Shown here: piece after piece, positions 24,251 through 44,902 of the stretch | Position numbering within the stretch: the first letter of the stretch is position 1 | Layout: every line of letters begins with the position of its first letter | DNA from: Zygnema circumcarinatum SAG 698-1b | Taxonomy: Eukaryota; Plantae; Zygnematophyceae | DNA length: 64,000 nt | Reading direction: 5' to 3' | NCBI GenBank assembly: GCA_037447605.1 | Contig: CM074816.1 | Coordinates: forward strand, 62,001 to 126,000 | Notes under the pieces: generated by a model | Database searches by the model: none | What the model was told of the DNA's origin: nothing | Seen by the model: the letters and a program-made list of their open reading frames with translations, nothing else | Translations under genes and position numbers: made by a program

Positions 24251-25571
24251 ATGGCTCCCGCTCTCTTTCTCACCATACTCGCTGCAGTGGTGGCCAGGTC
24301 AGTGCGGGAATACAGCAGGGCCTCAGTAGTGTAAGCCGTATGGAGAGAGAGAGAGGGAGGGGCGGGATAGTGAGTGGTAGTTGTTCTGACAAATTGGTTG
24401 GTTCCTCTCTTTGCGCAGCTGCCATGGCCGCGGTATCCCTCCCGGTCTGCGGCAGCACGTGCAGAGCGCCGCCGTGGCCGCAGCGCCGACCATCGTGTTC
24501 GATGCGGGCGACCCCGACAGTGTGGTGATCGCGGGCGACTCCCTCGCCATCACCCTCACCAGGACCTCCAGTGCGGCCCCTCCCTCCCTCCCTAACTTTT
24601 TCCCTCTCGCCCTCCTTCAGTTTTGAAGAGCTATGCACGTGAGGTTTGCGGATGCTGACATGGCGCGTTTGTGAGAGCTGACAGCTGGCAGGGCGCGCAC
24701 GAGTGTGAGGTATCCGCCCGGCACGACCTTCTCCGCGAGGGCCAAATGTCCCGCGGGCGACACCAGGTGAGGGAGAGAGAGACAGAGACAGAGAGAGTGA
24801 GAGAGAGAGAGGCGCTCTCTCGCCCCCTGCGTTTCCCTTTTCTCGCTTGCTATGGCGGAGGCTGACGTCAGCGCGCGGTTCCATGGGTGCAGCGGGCTGG
24901 TCTCCTCGCTGTACCTCTCCTCCCTGGAGGGCAGCAAGACGCAGGACGAGATCGACTTCGAGTGGCTCGGAAACTCCAAGAGCTCCGTACAGCTCAACTA
25001 CTACGTCAACGGGTGAGGGCTGCTCAGAGGGATTCATTCCATGGGTCATGTCATGTCATGTCATGTCGTGTCGTGTCATGTCATGTCATGTCATGTCATG
25101 TCATGTCGCGTTCCCTGGCTCACCCGGGCGTGCCACGTGTCGTGTGCAGAGCGGGCGGGCACGAGAAGATTGTCGCGTTGGGGTTCGACTGCTCTGCGGA
25201 CTTCCACACCTACACCGTTTACTACGGCGCCGACAGAATCACGTGAGCGCGCCCTCCACCCGGGTGCAATGCAATGGAAAGGGGGTGGCAGAGAGACGGG
25301 AAGAGAGCAAGGGAGTGCGCGAGAGTGAGAGAAGAAGCCCAATGTTTTGCTCAATGTCTGCGCGGGGAGGAGGGCCTGCAGGTGGTGGATCGACGGCGCG
25401 CAGGTGCACGAGGTGGCGGCCGCGGCGGGGCAGCCCTTCCCCTCGCAGGCGGTCTACTTCTACCAGAGCATCTGGGACGCGTCCGGCATCAACGGCGGCT
25501 CGTGGGCGGGCACGGCCTCGTGGGCGCAGCCCTCGTACACGGTCGCGTACAACGGCTTCTCTGTGCAGTAG
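24251..25571 (+). CDS. EG16: GH16 endo-glucanase 16 (EG16-type) with signal peptide; right copy
   Basis: Exons 24251-24297, 24419-24570, 24685-24766, 24893-25012, 25150-25242, 25382-25571 (GT-AG, phases consistent). Catalytic DEIDFE motif. LYLSSLEG.K.QDEIDFE is typical of plant EG16. The protein ends shortly after the WDAS strand. Confidence 0.9.
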
Positions 25572-26014
25572 CAGTCCTGTCCCGCGCCACGGGACGGAAC
25601 GGAGAACGGCGAGCACACGCCCACGGAACGCGGCAGGCGTCCGGACAGAGGCGGCGGAAGGCAGAGCGGCCGCCTATTGGAATAAGAGGGTTTTGCCCTC
25701 TTCGCTTGCATCATTCCTAGGGTTTAGGAAATTATTAATAATTATTGCCATGGAGACAGGCGGCCTGTCGCAGCCGCATGGGAAGCTCGTCTTGGTTCTG
25801 CGCTGAACCAATTACTTTGTTTACATTGTGGAAAATAATTATTCGGCAATTTCCCTTTTTCCCTTCGCATATCGATTTTTTTTTCTGGTTTTGGAAAAAA
25901 AAAGTATGGTGGGGAAGTCTGCGTGGTTCTGCTTCTCTGCACAACTTTCTGGAGTGCCGGTTCGGAAATGGACATGCGATGAAACTAAGAATGCTGAAAA
26001 TGTGTGAGAGCGTG

Positions 26015-26490
26015 ATGATTCCCGCCCCACCCAATCATTGCCAATGGTTGCAACCAGTGGCTGGCTACCCAGCCAACCATTGCCAATAACTGCAACCATT
26101 GGTCCATTGATTCCCGCCCCACCCAATCATTGCCAATGGTTGCACCCATTGGCTGACCACCCAGCCAACCATTGCCAATACTGCAACCATTCGACCATTG
26201 ATTCCCGCCCCACCCAACCATTGGATCCAATGGTTGCAGCCATTGGTTGTCTACCCAGCCAACCATTGCCAATAACTGCAACCATTCGACCATTGATTCC
26301 CGCCCAAACCAACCATTGGATTTAATGGTTGCAACCATTGGCTAGCTAGACGGCCATCCATTGCCAATGGCTGCAACCATTGGACTATTGCTTTCCGCCC
26401 CGCCCAACCATTGGATCCAATGGTTGGCTGGATCGGGAACCAACGGTTTGCAAATCGCGACCATTCCAATGGTTGATCCAACCCATGGTC
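26015..26490. repeat. Minisatellite, ~5 units of 91-95 bp built from AACCATTG/CAATGGTT sub-repeats
   Basis: Units start at cccgccc at 26021, 26113, 26204, 26299 and ~26394. Contains the perfect palindrome aaccattggatccaatggtt. Confidence 0.9.
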
Positions 26491-26534
26491 CGTCCAGCCC
26501 TTGGCCCGGAATGTTTTCGGCTACCCTTCGCGGA

Positions 26535-27090
26535 CGTCCGCGATTGGGTGAGTCGACTCGGGCAGCTGAAGTCTGGCTACGGGCAGATCGGAAATGGTTT
26601 TGGCTGCCCCAACCTTGAAGCAAAGGTCCACGATTGGGCGTGCGTCGTGCGGGCAGCTGAAGGTTTGGTAAGGGGCAGCCCTAAACTGTTTTCGGCTGCC
26701 TCGTCCTCGAAGCAAACGTGCGCGATTGGCCGAGCGTCGGCCGGGCAGCTCAAGTTTGGCGCCGGGCAGCATTCAAATGTTTTATTCTGCCCTTGCATCG
26801 AATCAATCGTCCGCGATTGGGCGAGCGGCGGCCGGGCAGCTTTTTCTGGTCCGTCGATCAGGTGTTTCAGCCCCCCTACGGCGCGTCCCGTCACGTCGCG
26901 CGCACCGTACGGCAGCATTCCCCCACGGCGGTGGCGCCACCTGTCCTTCATTACAGGCTTATCCACACGGCAGATGAGGTAGGCGCGCGGCTCGCCATTT
27001 TGGGCCACACCTTTCTCCTGCGGGCAGCTCGTTGCCAAACTTGAGCTGCCCGGCCGACATTCGCCCAATCGCGGACGCTTGCTTCGCGTA
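26535..27090. repeat. Second degenerate ~91-bp-period array (4 direct units) plus one inverted copy
   Basis: The cgattgg...gggcagct core occurs at 26542, 26632, 26724 and 26815. A reverse-complement copy at ~27035-27086 matches 26708-26759. Confidence 0.8.
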
Positions 27091-27279
27091 TTGGGCAGCC
27101 TGTATTACGTTTGGGCTGCCCGGGGCCCTCCAAGGCCTCGCCCCGCGGTCCGGGCTGTCATGTCTCCCTCCCTCCCTCACCGACCACCCGCTCTCTCTCG
27201 CTCTCTCGCTCTCACTCTCACTCTCCCTCTCTCTCTCTTCTCTCGCTCCCTCTCTCGCTATCTCTCCTCCTGCTCATCC

Positions 27280-28242
27280 ATGGCTTTCTGCGCCTTCTGG
27301 CTGCACTTGATGCAGCTGCTCGCAACGGCGTTGGGCGGCGGGCTGAAGGCTGTTGCAGCCGCCCGCTCGCACCTGGAAGACCTTTATTTCGTTTTCTGCA
27401 CCGTCTCCTGGCATGCGCTGGCTGCCATGGCGGTGCTTGGATACAGCGCTTGGGCGTGGCTGCTTGTGGGCGCCACGGAACTCGGAAAGGCCTACCTTTT
27501 TGCTGTGGACTGGTTGCACGAGGAATTCGCAAAGGAGTTAGCGAATCCTCGCCGGGTATGACCTGCTGCACCTTCCAAATATTTCAAGCTTTTTGTTCCT
27601 AGGGCTGTTAGCATCGGAAAGTGCTTTTTGCGTTGATGCTGCTTGCTTTTGTATGGGCAAGTTTTGAAGGTTTGTATGCATACTCTTGACTGATTCGCGT
27701 TTGCTGATCTCTTGTTGGCAATACAGCCCCCCCGGACCGTGAAGACATATCCCACTGTCCGCAACTCGAAGGATTATCATGAAAAGTCCTTGGATTACCC
27801 GAGCTTGAAGGCGCCGCTCTATGATGAGCCTGAGCCGCTCTTCAGCGCCAGGCGGCCTGTGTTCCGCGACTCGTCGTCAGTGTTCAGGGCGAGCCAAAAG
27901 CCATTCGGTGAGCCGCAATACAGCCGCCGGAGTGGTCCTGGGGAGGGGAAAATGCAAATAGGAGGAAATTTGCACAATTTCTCGAATTGGAAAAGGAAGC
28001 AGGGAGGCGACGACCTGCAAGATTTGGTTACTATCCATGAAAGGCTGAACAGCGGGTGGGATATGGAGGCGAGCAATGCGGCCTTGGCGCGGGAATCGGC
28101 TCTTCTGCGCCAGGCACTTGCCCGCTTAGACGAATCGCTGAGAGTCAAGCAGAAGCCTCTCCATCCGATGTGGACGGATCCGAGAGGAGTTTTTTTGCCA
28201 TCTGAGGATGGCCGGGGCTTCAAGTGTCCTTTGTGTCCTTGA
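27280..28242 (+). CDS. Hypothetical two-exon protein (~263 aa): hydrophobic N-terminus, short coiled coil, terminal CPLCP
   Basis: Exons 27280-27555 and 27727-28242 joined in phase 0 by a GT-AG intron (CGG|gtatga ... atacag|CCC), preceded by a CT-rich 5' leader. No family recognised. Confidence 0.55.
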
Positions 28243-29245
28243 GTCCAAATCAAATTACTGAAGGTTCAAGATCATTAGAAATGATTTTTACTCATTTTCT
28301 GAGTAAATAATTTTCTGGACAAAATTTGGCATGTATTTATTGAAATTTCATCTCTAGCAACTTCCGTTTTAGTTTCAAAAGGAAGTAGCAGAATAAGTGT
28401 GTCAGAAATTGCCAGCTGTAATTTTGTTGCCTTAAAAGGCTGTCCTTTTTTGATGAAGAAAGGGTCTTTTTTCATTGTATGACTCTCTCTATGCCTGTTT
28501 TTTGCAGCACTATTTTGGTGTGTTCATGCTGCTGTTGCGTGCAGAATCCCCCTTTCTCCCTCTATCTCGCCCTCCTTCACTCTCCCACTCCCCCTGCAGC
28601 TCTGTCAAAAACCTTGAGTGCCTTTTTCCATTGTTTTTGAAGTAATTCATTCTGTTGATCAAGCCGGCCGCCGGGGATTTATGTTTTTCAAAGTTCAGGG
28701 TTTCAGAGTTTCTCTATAATCCGGTACTGACATGGCTGGAGAGCCTCCACTGAGGGGCAGGGAGCGAGACAGAGGGAGAAACAGAGAGAGAGAGAGAGAG
28801 AGACCGAGGGAGAGAGAGAGAGATAGCTGGACTCCCTCCTATTGACAAGCGTGGCCGATGACAGATGGTGGCATGTCAAGTAGCTCTACTCACAGCCTGA
28901 GGGGACAAGTAACCGGATTGAAGGGGCTCGGCTTTTTCTATAAACAAATTACTTTGTTTACTTCGTGGAAAAAAAAAATATTCGGAAGTTTTCCGGTTTG
29001 CTTGGATATCGATTTTTTATGAGGGAGTTGAAGTTATTATATTCGATTCTGTAAATATTGTATTTCCAAAACTACCGTGGCAAATAACATGCTCACCGAT
29101 TGCAAAACGGGCTCCATATGAGGAACACGAAACACGCCAGTTAATTACACAACGCTGATCGCATCTCATCGCATCATCTCTCATCATCATCACTCAAAGG
29201 GCTTTTCCCTTCGCTACCGTCCCTGAACTGAGAGCTGAACTGAGA

Positions 29246-35016
<5,771 letters not shown>

Positions 35017-35104
35017 TCCTTCCTTCCTTCCAAGCTCTTCCTTCCTGCAAGGGAGGGCCCTTTCTCCTTTCCTCTCCTCTCTCGCCCTCTCGTTCTCCTC
35101 GTTC

Positions 35105-35290
35105 AAGTGTCCACGTGGCATATCCACGGTTTGAATCCTTTTCCAGGTGTACACGTTACATATCCAACGGTGGAAGTCTCTTTCACGTGTCCACGTGGCA
35201 CATCCAACGGTCATATGCCCGCCATTAGGGACGCCCGTATCCAACGGTCAGAGTGTGCCCTGTCCGCGTGGCGTATCCAACGGCCGTACG
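35105..35290. promoter_or_regulatory. Repeated composite G-box + ATCCAACGG module in the 430-bp divergent promoter between LTA4H copy 2 and PLR1
   Basis: gtgtccacgtggcatatccacgg (35107), gtgtacacgttacatatccaacgg (35147), gtgtccacgtggcacatccaacgg (35187), gtatccaacgg (35238), tgtccgcgtggcgtatccaacgg (35261). Confidence 0.55.
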
Positions 35291-35360
35291 CGGCTGCCAC
35301 CCCTTCCAACAGTTCTTGGAAAGCCGAGTCTGTCGATTGCTGTTACACAGCTCTCTCTCC

Positions 35361-35432
<72 letters not shown>

Positions 35433-35446
35433 CGACCTCGGCATCT

Positions 35447-38400
35447 ATGGCGGCAGCTGCGGTCTTCCCGCCTCCCTCTGCCATCCTGCCGAGGGCAGAA
35501 GTGGGATTCCCTTCCTTCCGCCATGGCGACGGCCCCGTAGCCGCTGCCACCTGCACCCCTCCATGCTCCTTTTACGGGAGCACGTTCAAGGGAACGGAAC
35601 TGAGGCATAGAAACCCTCGATCTTTGGTAGTGGCGCAGCCTAATGGCAGGCATTTTCGGAGGGTTTTGGACCCTGTGAGGTCTTTGCTCGATCTCTTCTC
35701 TCGCCCTTCACCCGGAGGCATTCAGGAGAAGCGGAGTTATGCTCCTTGGGATATGGTATGCACTAAATGTCGAATGCCTGAGAACCCATGTTCCATATGT
35801 ACCCATGCTAACTATGGTAATGAAACAAAAAAGGTACATGAACAAACGAATACACATTACATAAGCAAATTAATAAATGATTAACTAAATAAGTCGAACA
35901 AATCAATGTATCTAGTGAAGCAATGTCTTTCTGTGCGCAGGTGAAGATGGGACCCCTTCAAGTATCTCCCATGGGCTTCGGAACTTGGGCGTGGGGGAAC
36001 CAGTTTTTGTGGAACTACGATGAGTCCATGGATGCAGAACTCCAATCCGTTTTTAATTTGGTTGTGAGCCGCGGAATTAATTTATTTGACACCGCGGATT
36101 CCTACGGTACAGGCCGGCTGAATGGGAGGAGCGAGCAGCTTCTGGGAAAGTTCACGAGCGAGTATCCAGGTAGGCGATACTGCATGCTGAATTTTTGAAT
36201 TTCTATCTCTTTGGAAATTTGGATACTTTACGGCGTACTGGAGTTTCGGGGGTCCTTGCTAATAGGAACAAGTTATGAAGGTTATGAAAATCCTTAGACC
36301 GTTTCTTTACTAGTGGGTTTAGTGTCGACCCATTACGGCAGACAAAGTGACAGATTTCACAGGAATGTCGCATTGATAATGGCCTGGTAATGTAATGATG
36401 TGGGAAATATTAGGGTTTGTCATGCAGGTTCAAAAAAGGTACAGGAAAGTATTTGCATTGCCACAAAACTGGCAGCCTATCCCTGGAGACTAACCCCCGG
36501 CCAAATGGTGGGAGCGCTCAGGTAATGTCAATTTTCAGCATACTCAGAAAACAGATTTCTTTCCCACCCCGCCTCCCCTTTCTTTTTCATTCTCTAATCA
36601 GAGGATTTAATGTAAAATCCGATATAAAATCCAGCACATCGAAGTACAAGCCAGCCAGAGTAAATTGACACGTCTGTGCAATTTCAGACTTAGGTTCGAA
36701 TGAGGAGACCCCTCTCTGTATCTCTCTGTCTAACTTGCCTCCTCTGCTGCTCGTTCAATTTCCCTTTCGTTTCACTCTCTCCTTGTCGAATTTTCCCCCA
36801 GTTCCACCCACTCCTCTCTCCTCCTCTACTTCCATTTCTACTCACCTGTCTCTCCCCCTCCCACTCTCTCCCGGTCCTATCCCCCCTTCCCCTGTTGTTC
36901 CCCTCTGCTTCCACCCCTCTTTTCTCCCCATCTCTCCTCCTCCCTTCGTCCCTTCTCTCTCTCTCTCCCTCCCTCTCTCTCTCTCTTTGAGGTGGCAGGG
37001 GCTCTCTCCGCCGCCTGGGGCAGGAGAAGCTCGCCATTGGGCAGCTCCACTGGTCGGCCTCCAATTACAATCCCCTGCAGGAGAGAGTTCTTTGGGAGGG
37101 TTTGGCAGCCATGTATGAAGAGGTGAGGGGAGCCTGCTACTACGACGCAAACCCTTCATTTTTTTATCGAAACGGAACATATTCACCTATACGTAGCATA
37201 CTCTTTTCATACAGAGGTGGCCAGTTAAAGATTAAGAAGAAAATGGTTTACAGAACAGTAACAGTTATGGTTTCTTCAATAAAACTGGTCCTTTTTTTCT
37301 CTCCTCTTCTCCTACCGCTTAAGGGGATTTGGGACAGGGATTGGTGGAGTGTGTAGGAGTGAGCAACTACGGTCCAAAACAGCTTCTGCGAATATACGAA
37401 TTTCTTTCTTCTCGTGGAGTGAAGCTCGCTGCTGCCCAGGTCTGAGTTTGAATCAAAACTTGAACCCTGAAAACCCGAAAACCCTACTTATGAAGCATCT
37501 CAACCCGCACATGAATCCTATTTTTTTCCCTTTCTCTGCACTCTGCAGGTGCAGTTCTCCCTCCTTAGTACGGGACCTCAGCAGGAGGAGCTCAAGCAGC
37601 TATGTGATAGCTTGGGAATTCGAATTATCGCCTATTCTCCCCTTGGGCTTGGAATGCTGACTGGAAAGTACAGTCCAAGCAATGTCCCGAAAGGTCCTAG
37701 GTGAACCCTGAAACCCTAAATTCATAGAAGCCTTAAAAGGCCACTTTTGCCATAAAGAGAATGAAAAAATGAAGAATTCCACTTCGAGGAACAAATGGGA
37801 GTTAAGAAGCATAAGTGTATCAGTAATGAAAGGATAAGCAGGTTGCTGCAGATAATGGGAAAGTTGGAATGTACGGGGATGAGGAGTTGGGATATTGGAA
37901 GGAGAAGATTTGTGTTCCATCTTGCAATGTCTACTTTGAAACGAAGCTGAACAAGAAGCAGGCACAAGTAAAGAGGTGGAATAACATCTGCCTTCTTCTT
38001 GTAGCATGCTGTATAGAGTATCACTGAGAGAGAGAGGCTATGTTGAGCATGCAGAGGACTTCTTTTCAAGCAAATTCTTCCTGGCATTGAGCCCCTCCTT
38101 AAAGTGCAAACTGACATTGCAAAGCGGCGAGGGAAGACTCTCTCACAGGCAGGTCCTCCCCCTTTGAATGGTGCCATATTTCTGTCTGCTAAAACTTAGG
38201 ATAGGCGAGGGGGAGGAGAGGGATATCTATTTTAGAGGTAGGGGGAGATGACAGATTCGAGGGAGGACGAGGGGTTGTTCAGCGAGACTCAGATAAGAAG
38301 AATAAAAGGGAGTGTCATGTTATCGTGTTAGGCTGCTTCTCTGTACCCTTCCGTGCTTGTTTATCTTCGTTTATGCCTCTATGCCTTTCCATGGTCTCCA

Positions 38401-38908
38401 TTCCCTCCCATGCCCCTTACCTCTGAAATGACAACCGTCATTCTTAATGTGGAGAAATGGTTTTTTATAATGCAACATTCTAATAGTACTTCTTAATAGA
38501 TAACACACAATTCAAAGACAAAAGATAAGATGCAGAGACATGCCCTTCGATTCCTTCACCCTCTTCTCTTTCACCCCCTCTCTGTCTCTCTCTGTTTTCC
38601 CTTTCTCTCTCTCTTCCTCTCTTACCCTCCCTCTCCCCTTGGTCTCCAATGTTTTTTGCACCACCGGTGAGATGAGACCCCAAACCTAATACCCTTCATT
38701 CCGCTCCGGTGTGTGCCGCCAGGTGGCGCTAAACTGGTGCATGTGCAAGGGCGCTGTGCCCATACCCGGTGCGCGGACGATAAAGCAAGCGGAGGAGAGT
38801 TTGGGGGCACTCGGGTGGCGGTTGGGGGGTGCCGATATCGCGGCTCTGGACGAGGCAGCAGGCAGGGTCGACAGAGGGATGGTGCAGAACATATTCCAGA
38901 CCAAGTAG
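35447..38908 (+). CDS. PLR1: Pyridoxal reductase, plastid-targeted aldo-keto reductase
   Basis: Transit-peptide-like exon 1 (35447-35755), then VKMGPLQVSPMGFGTWAWGNQ, NLFDTADSYGTGRLNG, ATKLAAYPWRL, GQLHWS, GVSNYGPKQL, QVQFSLLS, YSPLGLGMLTGKY, VALNWCMCKGAVPIPG and MVQNIFQTK, matching recalled Arabidopsis PLR1. Confidence 0.93.
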
Positions 38909-39414
38909 AGAGGAGGGGGGAAGGGTATCGGGGGAGGGAGAGAGGGAGGGAGAGAGGGAGGGGGGGGGGGGAAGAGTGGGCGAGAGAGAGTTACAGAGAG
39001 GGACAGAGAGTAAGGCAGGTCTCTGCCTTGTTGTTTTGACTTTGGATAATGTATGTGGCGGTACTATCACTACTACCCCCACCCCTAGCTCTGTAGGTTC
39101 TAACGCCAAAGTCGTGCACATGATCAAATGTGGCCTAATATGTGCCAACTCATGAGGGTTTCAGAGACTATCCTGCTCTAGGGTCTTGAATGTATGTTTC
39201 TCTTAAAAATGTCTTATTTTTATACTCTGTAGTACTTTTGTACTCTCAACTACTTAAACTTCAGCTTCTTAATTGTCATAAAAAAAAAACCAATTAAAGC
39301 GTAAAACACTCATCTACTGGCAAATATCCCAAATATCCATGAATCCAACCCTAAACCCCAAATTTCTAACTTTGTTCTCCTTCGCATAGTCCTCATGTCG
39401 CAATCCCCCAAACT

Positions 39415-42426
<3,012 letters not shown>

Positions 42427-44902
42427 TCCAGAAACGTTCTAGAACGTTACAAATTAATTTTGCTTCAAAAATCTGCAGTCTCGAAAAACCCAAAATCGTT
42501 AGCCTCTCCCCTCTCTCCCCCCTCTTCCCCTTCTCCCTCCTCCCTCTCTCCCACACTCTTCCCCCTTCCTATAATTTTTCGCTCTACTTTAATTCCAGCA
42601 TTTCCAAACCCATATCGCAGCCTTTCGTCTTTCGAAACTCAAATTCAATCATTTCAATTTTTGGCCTAATTCCTCGTTTCCTTTCTGCGTCTCAGCCAGC
42701 ATTCCTTCCTACATATGGAACGTACCTTGCAGGTGGTTCAATAAGATTGTTTACATCGAGCTTTAAAAAAACGATGCAGATTCCAGATTTTTACGCGGAG
42801 TAAAACCGACACCGCATGACACCCTCAGAAAACTGAAATATTTTACTAAAATGAAAAATGCCCTCTTACCAATCAAAACCTCATATTTTCTCTCTCCTAA
42901 TACACCTCTTCCTGAGGACCCATCCCTTCTCCCACCTCTGTCCCTTACCTTCCTTCCTACACTCTCCTCTCCCTCCCTCTCTCGACTACTCCGTCCTCCC
43001 TCTCTCCTTCCCCTCCCTCCCTAGTTAATATTTACTCTCCTTCTATTTATATCCTCTTACCCTATCTCTCCCCTATCCCTCTCTCCCCCTCCCTTCATCC
43101 TCCCACAGCCGCCATGGCCGGCTCCTTCCGTCCCCTTCCCCCTCCCTTCCCTCTTCGCTCCCCCTTTCCCAGCGCCCCCTTTTTCCCGCCGGCCCCCCTC
43201 CTTGTTTTTTTGTCGGCGGGCGGCTTCAACCGCCGGTCTGCCAGCCGGCCGTCCCTCTCCAAATCGGCCGTTCGTTTCCTCTTTGAGCCCTTTACAGCCG
43301 TCGATTACACGCGTGAACTATCGACACCGTCGATGTTTGCCGGCCGGCCGGCCTCCCCCTCGTCGACGTCCACGAACGGTCAGCCGGCTGGATGTCTCGC
43401 ACGTGTAACAGAACATTTGGATTGGATTAGAGGCTCATTTTGCTGACCGTGAAAGAACGCGCTCCCGAAGGGGGCGAAAATTAAGCAATGGACCGTTCGG
43501 AGGCGTCACGTGACGGAAACCGTACTGTACGGTCATTTCTCGTTACGCGACACAAGACTGTACGGTTTCGTACACGCTAGCGGGTTTGGTTTGAATGTTG
43601 GAGGTAAATTGTGCATGATGGTTTCATGTTGTATTCAGGTTGTTAGAAAAATGCATATAGCTAATCATGCACAATTCATATAATATGTATTTTTCCCCTT
43701 TACCATAAATATATGGAACTTGGTCACGGCCGAGGGCAAGTGACCGAGAGCGAATTTAGGGAAACTTTTAAGTCACTTTGGCATAAGTTTTCGATGAAAA
43801 CCGTCACTCGTGAACTACAAAAAGTGAAAAGAAAGGAAGTTGTATACAAAAAGAATGAAGACTCGTCACATGTGTAGCAGAACAACCTTGTTCTTACGCT
43901 CATGTTCTATGTCTAGCAGTTCTGTTGGGACTCTCGCACAAACCAACGAGCGTAGAAGCTCTGGTGAAAGATTTCAACAGAAAACATCTTTCAGAGAGGT
44001 TCTTTCAAATGGGAAAAGGACGCAAGATAAAAAAAACTAGGGTAAGGAAAAAAGTGAAGAGAAACTTTTTCATTGAATGGAACCCAAAAACTCATAGAAA
44101 TCGTTCTCAAAATTTTCTCAATGCTTCAAAAGCAAACCCTAAAACCCCAAAGGCCTCCATCGGTAACTGAACCCTAGGGGCACTTTTCCAGCCAATCGCC
44201 ATCTACCACCTCCCACTCAATCCCACCCCGATTCACTGCCAGGTTATCCTTGTTCCGCAGACACACGTTGCCTCCTAAGCACAGGTCAGGTTTGACCTTC
44301 CTTCTTATACCCTGAAAATCCTAAAAATCCCAACTACATACTATTCAAGGGTTTCCTTAGGAGCAGGTGTTTCCCGTAGCTTAAACGAATCCTGCAACCT
44401 TTTAATAAAGATAAGACCTGAGAGACTGCAAAAATGTGTGCTCTGCTCATTCTCGGAACCGACATTCATCCCCATCCATGGCAATGAGGCTTACCTGCAA
44501 CCCGGGCTGCAGCAGCATGATCCTCCTCTCTCCCTTCCCCCCATGGATGCTCTCTGCCCCCCCACGAGTCTGTCGCAGTAGCCACTCAAAAGCTTCCACA
44601 TGGACAGCAACTTGTCTGCTCCACCAACCATGCTACAACATGTGTGAACATGGTATAAACACGTCACCGAAAGAGAGAATCTACGTTCAGCATTCTGGAC
44701 ACATCAATGTAGGAGCAAGGCTGACTGCATTGGCTTCCCCACCCGCTTTTCTCTTCCCTTTGTGAAGGAGGGAGGGAGAGAGGGAGAGGAAGCCTTTCCT
44801 CTTTCCCCCTCCAGCCCCTCACGCTCCCTCCCCCATTTTCTCTGGAGAGGAAAGGTATCCCAAATTTGTGCAAGATAAAGTGTGATTTGTACCTCACGTT
44901 AC

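Noticed and set aside
22506-24329. Long GC-rich ORFs (342, 239 and 226 aa) at the palindrome centre
   Set aside because: They are open in several frames on both strands, have no motifs or splice logic, and fit GC-rich promoter DNA.
26015-27090. Repeat arrays as a CRISPR-like locus or a repeat protein
   Set aside because: The units are contiguous degenerate copies without unique spacers, there are no cas genes, and the ORFs run in all frames.
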